Source: Ascidiella aspersa
Lineage: Eukaryota
DNA: 64,000 nt
Direction of reading: 5' to 3'
Assembly (NCBI GenBank): GCA_963924565.1
Contig: OZ004609.1
Location: 20,770,001-20,834,000 of the forward strand
Part shown: positions 36,787 to 48,700 of the stretch, piece by piece
Layout of the letters: every line of letters begins with the position of its first letter
Numbering within the stretch: the stretch's first letter is position 1
Translations under genes and position numbers: made by a program
The notes under the pieces: model-generated
Seen by the model: the letters and a program-made list of their open reading frames with translations, nothing else
Databases searched by the model: none
What the model was told of the DNA's origin: nothing

Positions 36787-39700
36787 ATGCAATTAGAGCG
36801 CGGTTATATAATTTTCAAACTGAGGGCGATGGTAGCAGTATGTTTTGTGCACTGCTGTTTGGCCGTGGGAGAATATCCACAAAGTCACGTAATTACTATA
36901 AGAAATACAATACAGAGAGGTTAGTTGTGCCCCTCGGTATTAAATTGCTTAAAAAAAGCAAATTACTTTCGTAAATAATATCGTAAATTATTTTCTAAAC
37001 ATATGGTCGTGAGTGAATGTGTATTCAAGGCCTTTTTGAATTTTCTAGATTTTTTTATACTCTTATACATATTTTAATTACTTCGCCTTTCACATTTTAT
37101 TTATTTCGAACATGTGCATTTTTTTCACTTCATAACCTCGTTCTTTTTAACTAAGAAATACCTAAACAAATGAATAAAATATAGTTTTAGATGATCGTTA
37201 TTTCGGCGTAGGGCTAAACTAAACATCCCTTTGTTTTAATGCTGTATATGACTATAATGAGCTAATTTAACTAACTCCTATTGCGTCGGTCTTGGAATAT
37301 TTTAGTTTCGGGATCGAACGGCTCGTCATTGAGCGCCAATATCCACAAAGCATATGTCGCCCTCCAGCGGTTCCACGTGACCTCAACCCCTGGACTGGAG
37401 CGCGATTGTTTTGCCGATCGATGCACTTTCGCTTACGTACAAAGCCTGCTGAGCGACGACACTGAAGCAGTAAGTTTGTTTATGACCAAAGAATAACCTT
37501 ATCGTTACCCTGATAATGTAGTATAAAGCACGAAAGGACATTTTTCACATTCGTGATACCACTTACATATACAGTTGCGACAAACGTAAGGGTACACCAA
37601 AAAATTAAAATATGATGTTCATTTTGTTTCCAACTGCTTGCGTTCTCGTGTATTGGCGAAAATCCAACACGGAAGGGTTCCGGCGTGTTTCCATGCCGAA
37701 GCCCCGATAGATGAGCCTGGAATTCGCCGAAGCGGCTCAACGCCATGTCGTTTTGCGACGCATGGTTGATGCGTGCACGGGAGCCGAAATATTCCGACTG
37801 TAATTTCACCCGGATTCGTTTGCGCTCGAGCCAAGCGACGCCGGTGGCAGCGGATTCCGCGCCGGGACTTCACAGCGCCGCCACGCGATCGTTTGACCCC
37901 GTTCGCGATCGGCTCCTCGTCGATTAGGGCAAAACAAACCGGCGAGTGAACAACGGCGCTATTTCGCGTCATTTTGTCGAATGATTTGGCCGCCGCCGAC
38001 CAAGGGTACTTCAGGCTTGCGCGTGGGGTCAAAACATACCGGCGTTGAACTTGCCAATCCACCCCTGTTGGTCGTCGTGTCAATCAAGTGCGTGATGATT
38101 TTCGCTTTATCGTTTTCGAGTAAAATATTCATGATTTGAGATGAATATCATGATTTCAAGATTTTGTTCAGGGTCCTGTTTTCTATCGAGATTAGTTTAC
38201 CTTCAACATTTTTCTTGTTTTTTAGTTATATGTTTAGTACAATCCCACAAAAGTCCTAAATGCAGAAAATGTATGAAGCCCGAACTCGAAAATATGTCAT
38301 GGTTTACGTATTTTTAACTTGTGTTTCGTTAATGGAAAACAAATTTGGAAAAGAAAAAGCTTTTTCCAACTTACCTAATCAAAAACGGAAATCTTTTGTA
38401 AGCAATTCAGTAACTATGAATGATTTATTTAAATGTTCTGCGTTGGTGTACATCAATCCGCCAGTGTTCACCAGGCACTTGCCCTTGTTTTTTTACCGGT
38501 GGAATACCGAACTCCAGGGATTGGGTTACTTTTGCTGAATTGACTTTGTGGTCTACAATGACGCAAGTGGCGCCTGCCAAGTTACGTAATTGTTGTTGCA
38601 CCAAAATGTCGAGGCAGCAAGACAACGAAACGCTGTCAAGGTGCAAGAAAACAAAACGCTATTATAACCGGACCAAAAGTGTAAAAACAATACGATCTGC
38701 GGCTGCGGTGAAATGCGAAAGCATAAACCTAAGCCGTGGGTGAAATATCGCGAAGGGCGCATAACTATGCGCGCTGATGCCGTGTTTTGTAAGTCGACGC
38801 CGACTCCGTGCAAAGGTTGACGCTTGTTTTTCGCGCGCGAAGACCCCGGCCGAAGCGAACCGTGCCGCCCCACCGGGTAACTCTCCACCCACCGTGAAGG
38901 TTAATTAGCGGCTCGGCATCCCGCAACCGACCGGCGCCGCATTGTTTTTGGCGCTGTGCGACCCCGCACCGGTTTCGGCTGCCAAATTCCCCCTTTCGCC
39001 CCAATTTCGGGGCGCCCGTAATCCTCGCCGGCTGTTCGCGGTTTCGTGTTGTTCGTCTTAAAAAGCAGCTTTTCGGCGAGCGGCAATGACCCCGAGGTCG
39101 AGAAGCAGTCACAGGCGAATGAAAGCGTCCCTGGAGAAAGTGTCCAACTAACGGTCGCCGTTCAAGTCGTGACAAGCCATTTATGAACTCTTTTCTGTGC
39201 TGCGCTAGTCACTTTATAAACAAGGCCAGTCTGTACGAGACGACCGTTTCCGCTAAGCGCATATCACCTTTGTTTGGATAGCAATAAATGTTGTTGTTCA
39301 GTATTACTTCGGGTCACTGTGCCGAATATCACCTTGTGCGATAAAACGGCAACATGGTAACACTATGACGAATTTTCTCAGACTTTCTTGTCTCTAGTAA
39401 ATTGAATGAACACACCGCTAGTTGTGCAGCACGGTGTGATTTGTTTGCAGAAGCGCCCCCAAGAAAAGTTCATGCTGCTGCCAATGTTTCAGGCTTAGCT
39501 ACGAACCGGCAAAATTTGTTCGGCGAAATTAACGGGTCCATTTCCCCATCGTAGGCACCTGCTTGTCGGCTGCGCTGTTTGGCAAAGGCAAAAAAAACAA
39601 CCGCGAGAGCATTGCGTTGCAAAATCGGGCCGAACAACTGGTAATGGTGTCCCGGAAGTTGGGCTTTACACGTCGCAGAACGTTGTATGGTGATAAATAG

Positions 39701-42700
39701 TAAAAGAAACCGCATTGATCCTATAGGATTTACGCAATTCGAATAAAAATGAAGCGTATTGTTGAAAATTGTCATTTTTTACAGAAGTTTTTATTTTGCC
39801 TGAACTACAACTCTTATACACAAACTTAGCTTATTTTTGTTTTGTTGACACGGTGTCTTTTTCTTACAGAGTTTGTACTGGAATGTGCTCAACTGCATCA
39901 AACATGACGTGAACTGTGAAGGTGAGCGATGCGGACCTTATAACAATTTAGTCATTTAAAACGTTACATCAAATCCAATACAGAAGTATAGGCAGTATAT
40001 TTAGAACATTTCTATTAGTTCTTTGTTCGTTTTCGTATGGCTTTGATTCTAAATCTAAATACTATATGGCTTGGAAATTAATTTCTAAATCTAACTGCAA
40101 TCTCCAGCCATTATGCTCCAATGGTCATTTAAAGAACTTTTTAAATATTTGAGGTAACTTGTGTATTGTCTGTGTAAAGAGATTAAATGAGCTTTGCATT
40201 TGGATCTTTTTTATGTAAATATTAATTTCATTATTTTTTTCTTCAACAAAACGGTTTGGTTTTGCATTTTTGTTAATGATAAATTAGAACAATTTTATTT
40301 TTTAAGTCTGTTTATTCCACCTATTTTAAAGGCTGTATTGAGACATACGTTCAACATAAATACTCAACACAGTATTATCTTGTGGGTCAAACAAGTCGTT
40401 ACAACCGCCTAAGTTTATTTTCTTTTCGGCAACGTTGAAAAAAAAATGATAAAGTTTTAAGGATAGCGCAAACTGTAGCACAGCGGTTAGCGCGTACGCT
40501 AGCTCGCTTGCTAAACAAAACGAATCCATTGCACCACACACCATGCTCCAAACGAGACTGATGCCCTCGTGCTCTCACACGGTTTGCTACTACACAAACA
40601 AAGGAATGTCCTTTAGGGCAACACAGAACGGTAAAACAATCAGTGATTAGGAGTCGAAACTCAAAAGGCGTAACAAAAGAAACGAAAGACGAAAAGCGCA
40701 GTGAAGCAAAGCAACGCAACGCAAAGTAAAGTAAAGCAAATTAAACAAATAATAATTTACACAACATTACTACAACCTCCAACCATTATGCTCCAAAAAT
40801 AAAGTTTCATTTAACACTCCAACTTAAAGTGTCACGTTATAACCATGCGATAGCAACGAGTAGAGAAGATTCCTTAACGTCAGTTATTGCTTGTTGCGTC
40901 AGACGAGAGCACTTGGGAAGCATGGGAGTCCTGGGGCAACTGTTCAGCCACTTGCGGCGCGGGAGAGCAAGTCCGGTGGCGCGAGTGCGAGCAGGCGAGA
41001 TATTGGGCGCCCAGGTGTCCCGGGGTCTACCAGGAAACACGCAAGTGCGAGATGGACGGACTGCGGTGTATTGGTAAGTCGCTGAAATATTGCTGGTAAT
41101 AATTGTTTTATCAAATTATAATCCACTTTACGCACTTTTAGTCGTTCAAAAAAACTTTCGCGTTAATCGGGTAAATCATTTCTCAAACAAAAAGGCTAAG
41201 TGTAAATACAGTTTTAATTTTTCTGAAGGACTTGATACCATCGGGCCCGCGGCATCATCGTTTTGAATGTTCGTAGGAACTAGGAAGGTCGGGCTGTTAA
41301 TGCTCGAAAAAAACACTTAAAAACACCACAACAAATGCTTGAAAATACTACTTGTTGTACGCGAGCAACAATTTTTTAAAAGTTTGCAAAAAGCACTCAA
41401 AACTAATATTGTTGCTGCTGCAGTAAGTTATACTATCCCCTTTATTTAAATAAATATAAAGATTTCAGTAAATGCTTTTTGTTTAACAAAGTGGTACGCC
41501 GCTAAGTTCAAAGACGCTATCGGTGGTATTCTGCCAATAAGTTTTGTGAACACCTGCACCAAAATTATCGTAAGTGGAATTCGTAAACTCACGTTTGTAC
41601 CGAACATGCTGGTGCAACATCTTAACCGATGTTTAAACCTCGCGGAAGGTGGATCACACTCTTTTGACGGTTGCTGCTAGAATAACTGATGCACACCAGC
41701 TAGTATAAGCATTCACGTTCCTGCGGTCGGCATTTGCCGGCACAAATGAGCCGCCGTTCGTCAACAAAAGGCCGACGTTTTAATCTCGACCACCCGAGCT
41801 TCGCGACCGCACGCGTCACGTACAAGCGTCGCTTTGCCCGAACTGCAGCGCGCATAAAAAGCACCCGAGAAAGGAGGAATTCGTTCGGAATGACAAGTTT
41901 ATTCATTTTTATCCCAAAAATAACGTATGACTTTTGGTCTCCGTTCTTTGTTGTATGAAATTCAACCGTTTACATTTATTTTTCATGTAACTGAAAACTG
42001 AAAAACAATCCATTTGGCGTTTCATTTCATAACAGTAAAAATAAAGCGTTTAATCACCATTACTGCTGTACAAAATTTAACTGTTTCTATTTATTTTACA
42101 TCTAAGTGAAAACTCCAATCCATATGGAGTCTCATTTCATAATAGTAAAAACAAGGTAGCCGATAAGTTTGAACCGGTAGCAAATGTCAGGGCAGAGCGT
42201 CGCATAGTTTGCGCACCCCTGCTTTACTGGGTGTAGCAGTTCTTTGATTGATCTCACTTTAAGCTTCCTCGACACGAAGGCTTGCCGACTTCTGAGCGTT
42301 TTAGCCGGTGACGCGCACCCTTGTCGTAAGTGAGCAATCCGCGGAACTTTGCGGTAATCCTAAAATAGCAGTGGAATGACTGTGGGCATTCCTGCTGATC
42401 CGTGGCAAAGCCTTCTCCTGAAACAACCACCTACTATTTGAAACTATATCTGTTTTGTGGTTTTCTTGTTTTTTTATTTCGAAAAAAGTTTTTCTTTTAT
42501 TTGTCAAATCAACTAAGGTTAAATTACTAACATGGATTTATAAAAAAATAATCCATTTGCCGATAGAAGTTTTTCTAACATCGTGTAAACGTGTCGAATA
42601 AATTCAGCCACTTCTTATGTAAGGCATTTTTTCTGATGTATATAGCCCCTATTCAGCTTTCACCTTTGCCTTAGAACAACCCGAGGCCAAGCCGGACGAG

Positions 42701-45700
42701 TGGGGCCCGTGGAACCCATGGAGCCAGTGTGACGTCACTTGCGGCAGAACGGGCGTGGTGACGAGGACCCGGGTTTGCCTCCCCTACGACGCCCCGTGGT
42801 ACTGCGTGGGGGAAAAGTCCCAGAGTCGCGGCTGTACACAGATTCCACCATGCCCCGGTAAATTAAAAGTTTAGAAACAACTCCACCCTTTAAATTTTTT
42901 TTCATTGAAATCCACACACTTACTTTTGTGGTACATTTTGCCGGTTCAAATGTCACACGATGATTGCCGTTGCCAAAACGTTAAAAGTCTATAAATTAAA
43001 AAAAATATATAACGCCATATTAACGCACGTCGTACATGTTTTTTTTGAAAGTTCACTATCAAACTTAATTGTTGGCGTATTTGTTTGAAATAAAAGCTGA
43101 GTTTTAGGTGGCACTGTTGCCATATTTTATTTATATTTTTTTGACAAGCTTTTGTGCAATGTGTTTTATTTGTCACCTTAAATTGATATAAAACGATGGC
43201 AAGAAATCTTGTCAGTGCCACCTAAATCTCAGTTTTCGATTCAGACAAATTCGCTAATCAAACGAGTTTAATAGGGCTAACTTTAATATAGTGAAACAAG
43301 TTAATATAGCAAAAATGTCTCGTATAGTGAACGGCGCCTGGCAGTTCTGGACGATTTGGAGCCCGTGCCTTGTGAAGACTTGCGGAAGTGGGGTGAGAAA
43401 GCGCACAAGGGCCTGCTCGCACCCTGTTGGCCTTGGCAAGAAGTGCGTCGGCGCTTCGTCCGAATACGTAGCCTGTCGCAGCATTACACCGTGCAAAGGT
43501 CAATTGATGCCTCGAATGCTTACATCTGGATCAGACAGAGCCTCTTAAAGGCTTTTTTCCTTAGTTATACGACAATTTGGTTCCTCATTCTCATTTTCGC
43601 CCTTTAATTAACGAACAATAATTATTAGAAGTAAAGGTATACAGCGTCTGACAATTCAAAGTGTAAAATATTTTAAATGTTACTACCTTGATAATTAATT
43701 TTCGTTTTTTTCGGCTCGTCCAATGCTTACACGACCCAGGTGACCATTGACAGCCAACAGAGTCCTTACCTTCAACATGGTTTTTTAACTTCATTTTATT
43801 TCGATATGCATAATCAATTTTTGCCAAAAATGTAAAGCCTTCTTTTCCTAGGAGTCAATAAAATCCACCCGAAAGTTATATCTGTATTCAAAATGCTAGT
43901 TACAATCGCAGTGTTGCAGGCTAACAAACTTTGAAACTACTGAATCCATAACCGATAACCAGTACATAGTTTATACCTTTCTACCTCAAACAAACCACTA
44001 ATACGGTCTTTTATTTATGTTCTTACCGCAGAAGACCACTTCACCACCATCAACCACTTCTCCGAGCACAGCTCACTGCTTTTCAGGGAGCAACCTCCCT
44101 CCTCCTTCCTCCATGTCTTCCTTCGCTCCCGGCCACTCTTGGCCGCCGGAACCGTTTTCCGCTACGTGGGGAACCCCCGGGGCTTCGCGGCGCAAAGCAA
44201 GTCACCCACCAACGTTCGTGTGGCAAAGGGTCCGACCAGACCAAAAATGGCGGCGGGCGCGACGAGCAAAACGAAAACTGCCGAAAAGCACAAATCCGAG
44301 TTTATCCGCATCTCATTGGCCGAAAGTGGTCACGTGATGGTCCACGCTTCCATTAACGGCTCGGACGAAGTCGTCATGGAAGTCGGCCAAACCCTGGTGA
44401 GATATTCAATTCAAGTTACCCGCAACCATGTCCCTGTGATTTACTTGCGGATGTTGTTCTCTTGAAATGTATTTAATGAAAATTCCACATGCTTTAAACG
44501 TCATTATTTGTTGGTATACATATTGCTTCACCTATTATTAAATGATACCACTCTCTAAACAAAAATCCTGGTTCCGCCCTTATGCAAAGTCAGTTGAGTT
44601 TAGGTATTTTTAAATTGTCAAAATGAAATGTTTTGAGGAATCTATAGTTATAACGCGGCTGTTTAAGAACGCGTGAGGTTTGACTTCAGAAAATTGACAT
44701 GCTTTCGATCCCGCTTTAGTTAACATAAACGGCCCCAAACACTGCGAGTGCTTAGAACCAGGACCATTTTTTGCACTTTATGCGGCTTCATTGTGTCAAC
44801 CTGCGATTTAGGTGACACGACCGATAAGATAGTAAAAATAGAGTTTTATCAGTGTAAAAATAGGTTTAAATTAAAAAAAACAACTTTGGCAGGTTGGCCA
44901 CTGGAACAACATCCGCGTCACGGTGGTGAGTGACGTGCTGCTTGTGCGACTCAACGACGGGCAGAACATGGGTTCGGCCCTCCACGCCACCGCAGGGGAC
45001 GCCCCGGGCACCAAACCGACCGGTGCCGCTCCGGCCAAATCGTCCTGGTGGACCGGCTTGTGGGGTTACGTAGACGAAATGAGCAAATTGAGCGGTGACT
45101 CAATCGGGAACCTGATCAAGGGCAACCGGGCCGTTCTGGCTTCGTTTAAGGGCTTTGTGGGCCTGGGCAAGGTCGCGAAGGGAGACGTGAGCTTTAGGGG
45201 TGAGGCGTTTCTGTTGTATTGTAACAGTGTTGGGTATACAGTTTACAACAGCAATGGGAACGAGTCACAAGAGTGTAAGCGAGTTATCCAAACTCCATTC
45301 GACAAATAGTTTTTTTGTTTTATTAATTAAAAAAACATTTCTAATTTTACTCTGTATAAATGCTATTAAGTTTTAAGTAAAATTCCTTTTAGATAAAAAT
45401 ATTAAAAAAAAAACTCGCGATTCCTGGCGAAATTTTTCGCAACGTAATACGACTCAACATAAAATCCCAGTTCTTGCGCCGAACCTGAGAATTCCGTTTA
45501 CCTCTTTAGATTTAAGACTTTATACGGCCGGCAACAATACACCACGTGAAACAGTTTAATCGCTTTGGCAAATACGACAGAATGCTGCACTACCGTCCAT
45601 TTTTAAATTGCATTCAACACTGCCGCAATGTTTACACTCCGAAAAGGTTACGTGTCGGAGCTGCAAGTCAACTTCAAACGCTTCGGTTTGGACAAGAAGA

Positions 45701-48700
45701 AACCCAACGAGTTGAAGACACTGTGGGACCCGATACAAAGTCGTGGGGTTGCGCGCGTCCCCACCAAGGACATGCACGGACACGAGGAAGTGAAGTTGCG
45801 ATATTTCGACTCTCATCAGCGGTAAGTTACGTTTTCTTGTTGATATTGCGTTAACTATTACTGAGAGAAATTTAACGGCAGATAGCTTTACACAACAGTT
45901 CAATTTCGGTTTTGTGGTTTCAATTTGGAATCGCTGGTATCACAGACCAGTAATCGTTTGCATCCAAGACATGCGTCTCTCGTTACAGGACGCTTTGTTA
46001 CCAAGTCGGAATTTAAAAACTCAATAACCTGAAACCTATATTTTACACTAGAAAAAGTTATCAACCAAAAAAATTACGCAAATTCGATATAACCTTTACT
46101 TTAGTACATCGAAAGCCATCACAGAATAACTGAATCAGGCTCAGGGAAGCGAGTCGCGAAACAACCATACGTCAATGCTTGCTAGATCACAGTTGTTGAA
46201 GACACATGTGTGTTTATCTGTCATATCCTTTAGTTCATATGTTTTCCTGTGAGTTTAAGACACGTTCCCAATGATAATTACTTTGTCAGCAATCGATGGC
46301 CAACAATAAATTCTTCCCCTATGCAGAGTCCATCTACCGTTCACAATGAAGTGGTGGAATTTTGAGCGGGTTTCTCGTCTGAGAGATTACCATAACACAA
46401 GTGACATCAAACCCTATGACGTAGCAACCTTAGAGATTACGTTTAAACCGACTCGAGCTGACGGGATTTTAGTATGGAATAGAGGTGTTACTATTGATGT
46501 TAATTGATTAAATTCTGTGTAAATTAGAAATAATTTTTTTGAAGATTTAAGTTATTAACTTTAATGAAACTTAATGACAATGGTTCGAAGATGATATGTT
46601 TGTCTTTTCTCGGTGATGGGATGTGATACTAAAAAAACAAAATGAAACGGACAATACAATTCCAATACATGTATTGTACCTTGAGGTTTGAAATTTTCGA
46701 ACTGCCAATAAATTCCAATAACTTTACCAGCTAAGCACGACCTTTCCAGCCACATGAAGCTTACCGTGGAGGACGGGACAAGGATAAAGTTCACCTTGGC
46801 CCAAGGAGGTCAGATTAAAACTCTGGACAGCGACGATAATGTCAAGCTCCGGCACTGGAACAAATTGACTCTGCAAATGTTAAGGTACTTTTAAAGTTTT
46901 CCAAAAAAGCAGTTAATGTTGTGTTATTCACCAGTGTTGTAATGACGTAAGTCAGCGACTTGACAAATGACTTTACTTGACTTAAGTCTTTTGGGCAGAA
47001 TGACTTGGGTTAAAATGAAGTGTTTTCCTTTAGAAAAAAACATAAGGAAAAATATAGTTTTTTGTATTTTTTAGTTTAGTTATTGTTTCGTACGATTTTA
47101 ATTCCAATTGTTAAATGTTTCTTTTTATGACAAGGGCGTGACTTGAAATTGAATTACTCAAATTATGACTTGACCTGGACTTAACTTGGGCAACTGATGA
47201 CTTGGACTGTGACTTGACTTGTTATTTATTTTAAAAGACTTGACTTTGACTCAAGTTGTTTTACAAATGACTTGACTGGGACTTAAGTCGTTTTAAAATG
47301 GCTTATTTACAACACTACGATTCACACTTATATCTCTTATGCGACACGAGGTTTTGAATTAACCTGGATGACAGTGATGAGGCGAGATACCTGATATATG
47401 TGCAATTGATTTACAGGGAAGGAATGGTTCGGATGAAGGTAAACGACGGCGAAGTGGTGCAACTGTACATTCCTCCTGTTACCAGGGAAACCTTGCCCGG
47501 CGACATCCTCCTAGTAGGGGGCGCAGAAAAGGTATAGCTCGGCACTCGCGGTCATTATGGCTTAATTCGAGACAAGGTGTTGTGCACCTTTTGTGTTGAG
47601 CTGTAGTTTCAGGGCGAACGACGAGATGACACTATCACAAGTCTTTGGTTTTGTTTTACCATGCCTAACCTTTTTTATGATTCCTATCTAGTAAATTATT
47701 CGGGGAGTGCTAAATTGACTTTAACTTGAAACTATGCCCATCTGTCTACTATAAATATCATAACCTAAAATTAAAGCAAACTACGTTCCGACTAAAAGTT
47801 TGTATTTGTTTACGCTGCTGTGTCAATGAATAGACACCAAATATTTCTCTCTGTTTATCATAAATCCACGAATCTATGCAAATAACGTCATCTTTCGTTT
47901 GTGCTAACCGTGGCTGGCAAAACTCTAACTCACTTGACGCAGAACATTTTTGAGTCGCCGGACATGAAAGCGCCAAAAGGCCCAACAGCGCGCCACAACG
48001 ACGGCTTCCACGGCTACATCTTCAGCTTAAAGCAGAGCTCTGCTGAACAAATGCACGACCACAACTTGCACCTCAACTTGCACGGGATGCCGCCGTCGGA
48101 TTTGTTCAACGATCCAGGTGTGATTTGATTTACGTTTTTGCATCGGTTAAACCTAGGTATTCATATCTTTTTTTACACTTTACTAAATAATGACAAAATT
48201 CACTAGTTATCTTATATTTGCTTCTGAAAAGCTAAGCAGCAGTTCATTGCCTACATCAATTCACTTCAACCACAGAGCTAACTTCAACAGCTTTGTCAAT
48301 TAGTTATACTTTAAAACGGGGCTGCGGAGTCCGTTAAAAATAACCCGAGTCCGACTCCTGCCAAAGAAATAAACCCAAGTCCGACTCCCGAGTCCGACCC
48401 TGACTGTACAGCCTGTATTTCGCCAATTTACTAAGTAAACACTGTGGATATTCAGCAATCCACCTATTTTGGGTGTAGAGTGGTAATTCGTTCACTCACA
48501 ATACATAGTTGGAAAATATTCCACCATATGCTATTCAAACTTTACCATTTACAGTTGGCGGCCACATCAGTTTTGAAATTTGCTAGTGCGCATGCGCATG
48601 TCGGACTCAGGACTCGGGTAGTTTTATGTGGTCTTACTCGAGTCCCGATTCCGAATACAACAAAAAAACGACTCCTCGAATTTGGCGGGGTCATGACTAG

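Noticed and set aside
44017-44337. 106-aa Pro/Ser-rich ORF with a possible acceptor at 44086
   Set aside because: Alternative frame of the LamG exon; the 44032 acceptor gives the domain-consistent frame.
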